A stretch of 64,000 bases of DNA from contig OX638156.1 in NCBI GenBank assembly GCA_951804945.1, positions 62,000,001 to 62,064,000 of the forward strand, read 5' to 3'. The position numbers and the translations under genes were made by a program. This DNA is from Podarcis cretensis (Eukaryota). The notes under the pieces are model-generated. The model saw only the letters and a list, made by a program, of their open reading frames with translations, searched no databases and was not told where the DNA came from. Positions 51,488 to 62,709 of this stretch are shown in pieces. How positions within the stretch are numbered: the stretch's first letter is position 1; the number at the start of each line of letters is the position of its first letter.

Positions 51488-51787
51488 TATACACAAAAGT
51501 GAACTTAAATCTCTGAGTCTGCATCTTCAGGGGGTCCAAATGATACCACCCATTTGGGAGATATCAGCAGGTTTGTGGAAAACCGAAGGTTCACAACAGC
51601 ACAAGCAAATCTTTCAGAGAGAGAGAAAATCCCAAAAGAGGAATCTCAAATACAAACTATTAAGAATAGAGTGTCTGATGGGGGCTGGAATGGAGTGTTA
51701 TAGGAAAGGACAAAGCTGGCTGGCCAGCAGCCTGAAGAGGATCACTGCTAGGCCACAGTATGTGACTGAAGAATGCAGCTAGGAGTG

Positions 51788-52124
51788 TGTTATGCACTGA
51801 GCTGAATCCTAGAACAATAGGATCCAGAATGCAGCAGTCTGATTGGTCCACAGGAGCCACCCAATCCAGCTCCAGGTGGAAGTGAATAAGCGACCTGGTT
51901 GGTCTGCAGGAGCAGCCAATCAGGCTCCTGGATGAAGTGAATCAGCAACTTGATTGGCCTGCAGGAGCAGCCAATCAGGCTTCTGAAGGAAGTGAATCCG
52001 CAACCTGATTGGCCTACAGGAGCAGGCTGGAATTAGCCAATCATGCAGGGCCCATTGTGTGAATAATGCTACTATGAGCTGAATAAAGAACATGAAATTC
52101 ACGCTCAACTCCGAGTATATTTCA
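51788..52124 (+). mobile_element. Solo LTR with a 55-bp tandem CCAAT array
   Basis: tgttatg...tatttca termini, AATAAA at 52082, flanks gagtg / gaggg (4 of 5 match, probable TSD). Confidence 0.7.
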
Positions 52125-53074
52125 GAGGGTTTCATGCCGGGCAGCCTAAGTTACCCAGACGCAAATTCCTTTTGCTGCATTTCTGTTTGCAAGACTTTGG
52201 GCGATGCTAATCGTTTTTGCTAAGTAATCATGGTGCTACAAAGGAGAGAGTGGAAGACTCCCATGCCAACACTTTTCTACAGCCCCCTGATCATCGCTCC
52301 ATCAGTTCTCAAGCCAATAACCTCATTTGATGAGAATTGTAGCTTGTCTCCAGTTGCAGCTGAATGCACAATAGCTCAGTAGCCACCTGTAGTGATATAT
52401 TGATCCAAGTCTCCTTCTGACTGCTGTTACCAGAGAAAAAGAAATCTGCTATTCGGAACGCAGCATGGGTCATGGTTGGAAATATACTGCAAAATTACTC
52501 CCTCACTCTTTCCCTGTAATGTCATGTGAGGCACACCACAGAATTCCAAGAGAGTTATCTCAGAGAACGCCAGAATAAAAGAGAACAAAAGGAGGGTCTA
52601 GATTTTGCCAACACTGCGTACAAATTACGTAGCATTACATCAGCTCTAATTTATGCAAATGATGAGGTTCGGTTTAGTCGTCTTCCTCTTCCACATCTCA
52701 CATCCATCTTTGGATAGACACCTCTTCATGTTCTCTCCATCATTCTCTGTTGTTTGCTTCCTGAATCCACACAAGCCCTGCTGTTAATTTTAGATCATCC
52801 ACCCATTGCATAGAAGGTGATGCCTGGGTCTTCTGAATTGTAGGGTCTCCACATCAATACTGCTTTATTCCATCAGCCTCAGTTGCCTCTTGCCACATAT
52901 CCTCTATATATCCATTTTAACTTTGTAGCCTTTTCCTCTACATCCATAACTTTGGATCTTTGGCTGGCTAGTTAAGTATGAAGACATAACATATCTAAAA
53001 AATCTGCTCTGTTTCCATGGAGACAAATGAATGAGCCTTTTCCTAGGTGAAGGCTAGTGGGGACTGGCTATGAG

Positions 53075-53373
53075 AGAGTTGTGTGTGTGTGTATTGGACT
53101 GGCTCTGGAAACTGGGGACACAGAAAGACACGTCTTGCTTTGTGCTGAATTTTGAGCTCCCCTAGAAACTGAATGAGAAAGCGAGATCTGTTGGGGTGTT
53201 CATGCTGAGGTACCCTTAATCCTATGTTCAGATTGTATATAGGTATAAATAAAACCATATATCCTGATGACACCACCGCCTCCATTGACCTTCATTCCAA
53301 TGAAATTGAACCCTGGATAAGCACCTGGAAGCCCAGATTATCTCACAGCTCCGAGAACGGGTGGTGCCTAACA
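53075..53373 (+). mobile_element. Possible LTR 3' portion
   Basis: tataaataaaa signal followed about 120 bp later by ...ggtgcctaaca. Left boundary and TSD not found. Confidence 0.3.
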
Positions 53374-53817
53374 ATATGTAATGTCACACAAAGGGAAGCT
53401 ATGACCATTCATGATGGCTGGGCTGGAAAGAGCAGATGGATAGAGGACATTTTCATCCTTTCCTTTGCCTTCATCTTCCAGCCAGCTACTGCAAAAATCC
53501 TTGTTGGAGAGAGAGGTTGGAAAAACAGATTATTTCTCCTAGTAGAGATAGCATAATGGCTGATATTCTCCAAACATATTAAAACTTGGTTAGATTTTAC
53601 ATCTGACATCATCCACCTTTAAACAAACATTCCCCACAAAAGTACTTAGGCTAGAACAAATCAAAGCCACTTAGCTTTGCAAGTAAGTGAATGTTTTACT
53701 TACAGAGTTTCAGCAGTTGCAGTAAACAAGTATCCATCCAGTAGTAGTAAAGGAGGGGAAAGGATCAAAATGATTTAAAAGGAAATAATTTGGTTTCATT
53801 ACAAAAAAGGATCATGT

Positions 53818-53955
53818 NNNNNNNNNNNNNNNNNNNNNNNNNNNNNNNNNNNNNNNNNNNNNNNNNNNNNNNNNNNNNNNNNNNNNNNNNNNNNNNNNNN
53901 NNNNNNNNNNNNNNNNNNNNNNNNNNNNNNNNNNNNNNNNNNNNNNNNNNNNNNN
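53818..53955. other. Assembly gap
   Basis: Run of N. Confidence 1.
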
Positions 53956-55556
53956 GTATTCCTTCATTTCCAGATGAAAATATTTGCATATTTGAAACTA
54001 TATATCAATTCAGTCAATAGATTGATCCCTCAAGCCTTAGTAAAGTTAACCTGCTGAGATTTCTTTACTTGGGTGACTGAAAAATAACTTTACATCGTAC
54101 TGGTCTGGATCATTACAGTTAGTCCCAATGAACCCTGGGTCTTGGAGGGTTCTTGGAGTCAGAAATGTCTTGTTGCTTAAAAAACACACACCGCAAGGTA
54201 GCATTAACATTGATTCAGCCCACTTGGTATATGAAGCAGTGGGGATTCTTACAAATCTGCAAAGCCACAGATCTTTCCAGGCTCTCTTTGCTTTCATTAC
54301 ATCAAAATTAAATTCTACCCAGACAACTTGCAAAAACAGATGTTCTTGAAAAGCAGATAACTCTGAAGTATTTGTAAAAGGCTTCACGAACCAGACTCCT
54401 CCAGTATGTTTTTAATGTAAATGTCTGGAGGCTCCTCTTTCAAATATGTCTGATTTCCATTTCTCTTCTGATGAATGCTGTCTACTTACTGCTCAGTGCA
54501 TCTGCCTTTATTCCTAAAGGTGAACAACTGTGGTTTCCTTTAGCAGCAATAAATGAAAGTTCCTCTCCCTTCAACAGTGGTCCTACAGAAGAAATCACCC
54601 AGGCCTGCACCCTCCACTGTATTCATGAGATACAAACATGGGTTTAAAACAAAGGGCTACCACCCAATTAAAGACACATTAATTGAATAACCCAACAAGT
54701 TTTAATCAATTAATTCAGGAATCTGATGTTTTGGGGTCTGATGATACATTTGGATTTGGGTGCAAGTTCCATGGTCCCCAACCCCTCTGCTTACTTCCAG
54801 TAGAATTAATCTGAGCACTGAAAATTACATGGAGGAAGTAAGAAAGAGAATTGCTTTTCTAACTTCCTCCTTTAGCTCTATGCTAGGGTTGCCATATTTT
54901 AAGAAGGAAAAATATGGACATAAAAAGTTGTTGATTTCCCAAAATTCCCCCAGGACTCTAATTCCATCATTGGAATCCTGGACATGTCTGGGAAAATCTG
55001 GACATATGCCAACCATACTCTGTGCTGGCACCAGAGTTTGCCTGTCCTTCCCGAGCCCTAGGAAGAGTCTTCTGCTGCCAGACTTTGATGGCTGGTCCAC
55101 AGACTCCTTGGGGCATCAGGAGATAAACCCAAGAAGAAATCCCCACAGCTGTAAACCCTACTACGAACAACTGAGGAGCCAGCAACTGTGGAAAGAGGCA
55201 TTGGCCCTTTAACTGGCCAGGAGGCAACAACTTAGAAGTTGGGGCTTTCAGCCAATGAATAGCACTGCTATAAAACTTGGCCAGTTGCATTGCTAAGTCA
55301 ACTGGGATGGATGGGCATTGCTAAGACAACTGGGATGGTTGGCCTCAATTACAGGATTCACTCCATAAACTTCTCTGTGCTCTTGAAGCCTTGCCTACCC
55401 CACCAACCCAATTGGAAGCTACAGACTTCCCCTTGCTAAGGCCATCATTCCTCCTCTGTACTGAGCATCCCTGTGGATCACAGCAGAAACATGAAGATGG
55501 AGAGTTGGGGTTAAGGTAGAGCATGGGGAGTAACTGGTGGATGGGTGAGAAGACAT

Positions 55557-56322
55557 AGACTCTCCTCCCTGAAAGAGAGGGGAGTGGTTGTGGGCGGGAG
55601 CCCGAGCACCGCCCAGCAGGGGGCATTTGCCCCCTGCCTCCAGCTCACCTGGCTGGCGCTCACGCCCCCCCCCCCCTGTGGCCATCCAACCAGGTGCCAC
55701 GGAGGGGGCATGTTCAGCAGCCTTTTGCTGCAGCGCCAGCCTTTCCCTGGCCTCATTCCTTGTCGTCCCATTGCGAGTCACCCACCCTCCACTCCCTTTT
55801 AGTTAGGGCCTAGGTCATTGGCCTTGCTATGGACCTTAGGTTGGTCGCTCTGGTTGTCCGGTTGGCCTGGTAGGAGTTTTTCCATTTGGCATTAGGCTTT
55901 TTGGTTTTTTTGCCTACCTCGTAGCAATCGTCACAACTTTTGTGGTATTGGTGGGTAGGTTAGGCATTGGAATAATGTGTTGTGGTGTGTCGAAGTGCTA
56001 GGTGTGGCCATCGCCTATGCCTTCAATGTTTAGGGGTATTCCGTTAAAGGAATCTGGCGGTCGTGTATTCTGTCCGATGCCTGCTTGGCGGGAGGCCATG
56101 GCACGACCCTCGGTGACAGCAGGAGGTGAGCCTATAGTTGGATCAGCATCAACAGGCTCCACCTACTGGTGAATAAACCCACTTGTTTCGATCCAATGCC
56201 TAAGCCAATACCTTTTCATTGCTGTAATCAATAAAGTTGTGGCCTTTTCTAGCCCATTAACCTTATATCACGTGTCCTTGTGTCTTCATTTCACTTCGCG
56301 GGGTCGGGTCCTCGAACCACAA
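55557..56322 (+). mobile_element. Unclassified TSD-less element, copy 2 (766 bp)
   Basis: Starts agactctcctccctgaaagagaggggagt, ends ctcgaaccacaa. Same termini as copy 1 plus about 190 bp of extra internal sequence. AATAAA at 56230. Confidence 0.85.
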
Positions 56323-57392
56323 CCTTCCTGCTGGCTAACACTATGGTCTTCTCAGAATCCCCTGCTGTACTCAGTGGCTGGGACCAAAGGACAAACTATG
56401 GTGGGAGAAGGCAGAGTTGAGGGAACAAAGCAGAAGGCAGGACCAAAAGAATAAGCAAGGAATAGGCCAGAGCTCTGGAAAACCTTGTTGCTCAAGCAGA
56501 GTTCAGCAGGAATAGGAAACCAATCAGTCCAGCGCTTGGAGATATTTCACTGAGAAGTGGCCACTTGCAGTTCTATGATTCAACACATTGGATTGCTGCA
56601 TGGAGATCAAGCAGTTCACAATAAGGAGGGATCTCTGAGCATCTGCTAGATGAAGAATTTCACTTTCTGGGCTCATTAGAATTTGATCCCTCTGATTAAA
56701 TGAAAGCTTGCAAAAGATATGTGTGCATACCTGAATAAGGAACATAGCAAATGTCTACACGAATAACTTGTGGGAGGCCTAAACTGTTCTTTGCAGAAAG
56801 CATGACATTTTCTGCTTTTTATTCATGCATTGGGACAAAATATACTTCCATCTTTCTAAAACAAAAGAGGTGCATTCTCTCCCCTCCTCCACCACCAAAT
56901 TGATCAGGGCTGCATCTGATTTCTGAAAATTCAACACTGCTATCCATGACCAGCAGTTCAAACAAGATTTGCCAGCAGTATCATGCAAAATGGCCTAGTG
57001 ATTAGTATACAATAAGTCTGTCGCTGATAGCTATTTGTAAGCTAAAAGCGTCCAAGCAGAAACAGCCCCAATGATTGGTGTCAGATAAACTATTCAGCAT
57101 CCAGTTGTTCTGGGAACAGCATGGCGTCCCTGAAAATTAGCTGTGCCTTTCTAAACACACACACACACAAGAATGAAGAAAGCAATATTGACTGGAATTT
57201 GAGACATGTAGAAAAGTTTGCAGGACAAGCTTTTTGCAATCAATCTCCTCCACCCTTCCCCCACCTGCCTATATAATTCTAATGCCTCTGAACTGACTAG
57301 GTAGATTTCCATTCTATTTTACCATGCTAAGTAGGAGAACTAGTTGCATTTACAACCCAGAAAGAGAGATGCATGAGTGTGGAGCTTGCTTG

Positions 57393-57394
57393 CT

Positions 57395-57429
<35 letters not shown>

Positions 57430-57432
57430 TTT
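57393..57432 (+). repeat. (TTTA)n microsatellite
   Basis: About 10 TTTA units. Confidence 0.95.
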
Positions 57433-59018
57433 GAGACATACTCTCAGATCCAAGAAGCTGGGGTGGGTGGACTGGTACTCACTGAGTCTGGTAGGGTGTA
57501 CGGTAGGGAGGACAACAGTAGGTGGTGCTAGAGGCGATGAGAATTAGAGCCAGCTAATTCTGGTGTTGTTCCCATCCTCCTCCCTGTTGAGTTCTACAAG
57601 ACCAACACAGAATAAGGAGGAGGAAGCTGAAAGGCCATGCTGTCCCTTGGACTGGTAGTAAATGAGAAGGCAGAAGACTGAGATTAGTGGAGCAGTGACC
57701 TGTTGACCAAACTGGACCAACCTCTACTGCAAGAAGCCCATGTCCTGTTCTAGGTGGAGAATGAGTAGAACTGATAGAGAGGTGAGAAATCTCATGGAGA
57801 GAAGTGGATCCACAACAACCTTCCCTTAGTCACAGAGCCCATACTAAAGTGCAGATGGGGTTTTAGCCAATAGGACTCCACTTAAAGCTTGCTTGCACAT
57901 TGCCCTGAGCATAGCTACAAATTATTTGTATGTGTGTACAAGTGTTTGTATGAAAGAGTATTTACTGTTAACTTGTTTTGGACAGCTCAGCTTTCCTCCC
58001 GCACACTGATTGTGCAGTCATTGACTGTAACATGTGAACATCCCTTTATTCAAGGCTAACATATCCCGTTGATTTTAATGGAGACTAAGTTCAACTCACT
58101 TAGGTTAAATAAAAGCATCTGTATTTACTCTAGCAAACACCACCATGCCTGCCTCTTAAAGGCAGCTCCTAATTTGCCGAGGGTTTCATTTTTAGTGCTA
58201 ATTTAACTGTATTTCTAAAAATGAAAATGTGCTTCAGTACTCCAGAATATACTACATTATTCCTTTCCGCTTTCATCTGTCTTCCATTTGGTCATGTTTC
58301 AGTCAAGTATACAATAATCCAGATCCAGCCATATGAAATTGTAAATCCTGCTGGAAGACATTAAGGTACAGCTGCCTGGCGAAAATCCTCTTACAAACAC
58401 AGCGCTCATTAGCGCAAAAGGGGAAGACAGGGGGTTTACGGAGGGAATCAAATCAAAGTATGCTGATGCTTCAGGAATATAATTGTGCTGATGAAATTAA
58501 CCAAAAAAAGGCAGTAATAACACTGGGGAAGTGCTGAGGGTTGTGATGGGAATAAAAATAAATGCCTGCGTACATGGTACCCCTTCTATAATAACTTGTT
58601 CTATGTTCTTAAGGGCAGAAAAAAATGGGAAATCATTGCACATTCTACAGGAGCCAAAAAGGGGGGACATTTTCAGGTAACCACAAACAGTAGTGAGAGC
58701 TAGGATGGTGCAGCTGTTAGAACAACCTTCTCTAGCCTGGTGCTCTCCAGATGCTGAGAACATAAGAAGAGCATGCTGGATCTGGCCAATGGCCCATCTG
58801 TTCCAGCATCCTATTCTTACAATGGCCAATCAAATGCCTGTGGTCACTGGGTAATCTTCGGACATGAAACACACACACTCAGTCTAAGTTACAACTCTGT
58901 TATGAAAACGAAACAGGGTGTGCAAGAGAGAAACTGCATGTGCTATCCTGAAGTGTGGGATTTAAATGAAAGAACATAACCACTCAAGCAGGAATGGAGA
59001 ACCTATGGCCCTCTAGAT

Positions 59019-59139
59019 CATTGTCTTTCAGTTTGGTTCTCCAGCTGCTTTTGGACTACAATTCCCATCATCCCTGACCACTGGTATGATGGGAGTTGTA
59101 GTCCAACAACAGCTGTAGACCCAGGTTTGGGAAACCCTG
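59019..59139. mobile_element. hAT (Charlie/Buster-like) palindromic MITE nested in a related MITE
   Basis: Perfect 8-bp TSD ctctagat at 59011-59018 and 59140-59147. Internal palindrome ggactacaattcccatca / tgatgggagttgtagtcc. Confidence 0.8.
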
Positions 59140-61049
59140 CTCTAGATGGTCCAACTACAATTCCCATCACGCTCTAACCATTCCCATCACGCTCTAATCA
59201 TTGGCCATGATGTCTGGGTTTGATGGGAGTAGTAATTGAAAGTATCTGGAATGCAGCACTCTGAGGAGCGCTGGGATAGAGATGAGTGGGAATAAATGTA
59301 AAAATGTGAATAGCCATTTTCCCTTTCCCAAAGAGAGATGGGGAAGCTGTGGCCTGCAATGGTCACCATTGGCCATGGTGGCTAGGGCTAATGGGAGTTG
59401 GAATCCAACAGCACCAGCACAGGCTCCCTATACTTAATTATTGTTCTGAATTAAAAGCAGGGCCAGTATAAACATGCAGAACCTTAGTGCTAGCTTGGTG
59501 AGAGACTCTATAGAAAAGTCTGTTTTTGGTGTGTGAGTAGAGATGCTTTAAAAATGATTCATGTGAATTCCAGTACAAGCTGATCTGATCTAATCTGGAG
59601 ATCACGAAATAATTTTCCTTCAGGTTTGACTGTTTTTGCAAAACATCAGTATAAACACCTGTTGAGCGGAGGCATCAATCCTGCATGGTGCTGCTTCACA
59701 GGCAGCTTTCCTGCAGAAAAGGAACTTGCAAAGCAGCACATTAACAGTTCCTGCCAGGTGGGGTGTTAGGCAGAAGGAGAGCCAGGAAGCATCATGCTCC
59801 TACCTTTTCCAGAGAAGATGCAGCTGGTGATCTGGTAAGTCCTGGCCTTGGGGGAGGGGGTTTCCCATATGCTGCCTGCCTCTGCTTCCTGCCTGATGCT
59901 TGGCCCCCTAATAGGCCAGATCATTCAGGACCATTCAAACCAACCCAAGGCCAACTTTGGCTGTCTCAACCCAATTCGACCAGTATCTGAATCCTCCAAA
60001 TCGGCCTAATTTGGCTTGGGATTTGGCTGAATCCATTGTTCATCCCTAAAAGCACCCAGTAGGGTGGAAGGTAGAGAGGCCAGCAGTAGATGATGCTAGA
60101 GTCAATGACAGACAGTTTCTAGTTTTGCCCCCATCCTTTTCCCTGCTGCACTCTGCACCGACGCTAAGGAAGAGGGACCTGCACTGGGTGCAAGTACGAA
60201 GGTTGGCAGGAGTGGACAGACTGAAGGTAGACTGCGGTTGGTGGGGCAGTGCCTAACGGATGAGCCTCACCCTAAAAGATGAGCCTTCACTGAATTCTTC
60301 AGATCATCTGCTCCCCACCTGGGAGAATTGTGGCAGCTGCATCTCAAATAGAGGTGGATGGGTGGACATAGGAAGATCTGTGCCAGATCAATTCTTGTGT
60401 CCTGTGTCTTTATTCCTATGGGGGAAGGTGGGAACTCGCCGCACAATGGGCCATCAAGTTGAGCATCCACATTATGGAGCCTGGAAGCTTGGCCACATAA
60501 GGTTGGGAGAAATGTAGAACCAAATGGTGAAAATGTTCCGGAAAACTTGTAAACGTTATATTGGTAGTCAACCCCAGGACTAATTGTTATTTGCTGCAAA
60601 AACGAGCTCATATATGTTTATCAGCTTTGAAGCCTTAGTTTTGGTTCAGGAGAGGCTTCTCATGCTGGCTGCCTGTCAGTTGCTCCCTTATCTGAGATAT
60701 GGATGAGAGCTGGGAGCGGGCCTCTAAGCCAGGGGTGAATTAATTGGGCTATTGATGCAAGCTTACATAGCTTGCTTTGCGTGTAATGATCAACATATTA
60801 GCACTTTGAGGGCAAGTCATGATGACATCTGGCTGCTGGCATGTCTGTCCAACATCTGTAACGGCAGTGAGGTTTTGCAGGCTGTGCTGTAAGTTTATGC
60901 TTCCTTCTTATAATAAAGGGCTGATAAATGCTCTGGCACTTTTTAATACCCTTCTTTGGTATCCCTGCACCGAACCACTCCTCCTTTGGCCTGTGAATCA
61001 GGACAGGAGCGCTCTTTATTACACTTCTCTTTCTCCTGGTATGCCCTGC

Positions 61050-61523
61050 AGAGGACCTTAAGGTCCATGAATAACCATAGCTTAGAGGTCCCGGGCCCTA
61101 AGGAAGTCAGACTATCTTCCACCAGGGCCAGGGCCTTTTCAGTGATGGCTCTGACCTGGTAGAATGCTCTCTCCCATGAGACTAGGGCCCTTCAGGATTT
61201 AACCTCCTTCCGTCAGGCCTGTAAGACAGAACTATTCTGCCTGGTCTTTAATTTGAATTCAGACTGATCTTTTATTTCCCTTCCCCTTTTATGAAGATTA
61301 CCCCCCACATCTAATACTCCCCTTGCCTCCTCGCTGGCCCAAGTAGGACCAACTCAGCCAGCTAGCCCTAACTGATTTCTGATTTCTGATTTTTATTGTT
61401 ATTCATGTTTTTATACTGTATTTTATGCTGCTTTTATAATTAAGTGTTTTAAAGTGTTTAAAATTTGTTGTTGGCCACCCTGAGCCTGGTTTTTGAACCG
61501 GGAAGGGTGGGGTATAAATAAAA

Positions 61524-61570
<47 letters not shown>
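61050..61570 (+). mobile_element. L2 LINE 3' end with (ATT)n tail
   Basis: accagggccagggccttttcagtgatggctc...ggccaccctgagcctgg...ggggtataaataaa followed by ATT repeats. Confidence 0.8.
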
Positions 61571-61915
61571 GAACATAAGAGAGCCTGCTGGATCAGACCA
61601 ATGACCCATCTAGTCCAGCATCCTGTTCCCACAATGGCCATCCACATGCCTGTGGGAAACCAGCAAGCAGGAGCCAACTGCAAGGGCACTATCCCCTCCT
61701 ATGACACCCAGCAACTGGTATTCAGAAGCATCGCTGCTTCCAACCATGGAGGCACAGCGTAGCCATCATGGCAAGTGGCCACTGATAGCCCTCTCCTCTG
61801 CGAATGTGTCCAAACCTCTTTTAAAGCCATCCAAGTTGCTGGCCATCACTGCATCCTGTGGGAGCAAGTTCCGTAGTTTAACTATGCGCTGTGTGAATGT
61901 GTACTTTCATCTATC
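61570..61915 (-). mobile_element. CR1 3' end, tail-to-tail with the L2
   Basis: agaacataagagagcctgctggatcagacc...gttccgtagtttaactatgcgctgtgtga. Confidence 0.8.
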
Positions 61916-62709
61916 CTTTCATCTGCTCGTATGTTCAATTACTCAGTCTGCTACACACACGTGCAACCCTTCGCTTCCTGGCTGGCACTGAAAAAGAACA
62001 TAATTCAAACAAATCATAGAGACTGTTGATCACGTTCAGCTTGAACCGAAAGCAAATGGAGAGACTTAAGAACAAATCATTCAAAGCAAACTCTTTTTTT
62101 TTTAATCCTGCCCATTTCCATGGAGTGGGGCTTCTGTGCACGTTTGGATTTTGAGAGTTTTTAAGCTAAAAATTCCCTCCCAGCTGGCAATCGCTTGGGT
62201 TGGTGTGTTGAAATCATAGCCTCTTTGCTACTAAGTATTTTCCTTCCTCCCCCCCCCCGCCTCCCCTGATGGAATGTTTGCTGGACGGCTGCCAGTCCAT
62301 TTAATTGGAAAAAGAGAAAGAGCCAGCCAAATGAACTTTGGGGCTTGCCAAAAGCAGAGAGAGGGTCAGCTCAGGGAATTCCACTGTACTCCGTAACAGG
62401 GGTAGCCAATATGGTGCTCTCCAGATGTTGCTGAAGGACTTCAGATGCCACCAGGCCCTACTGACATGCCCAATATGCAGGGGCAGGGATGGCTGAATAT
62501 GTCAATTTCAGTTTCTCTTAGTTTATCCTTGCTTCCAGTCTTAAGCTGATTCCTCCCCATTTCTACGTGAGTTTGTGATTCTTACTTTTTAAGACATAGC
62601 CCGCATTCTGTGCATTTTTCCCCCTGCTATACACATTTTCAATGCATTTTTTTTGCCAATATACACATTTTAAAGCATTTTCCCCTAATACAATGCACCT
62701 TTGGAGTTA

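Noticed and set aside
51836-52045. CRISPR-like repeat array
   Set aside because: Whole 55-bp units repeat with no unique spacers; eukaryotic LTR context; no cas genes.
54046-54387. 113-aa minus-strand ORF or possible exon
   Set aside because: No recognisable domain and only a weak donor (gttaac).
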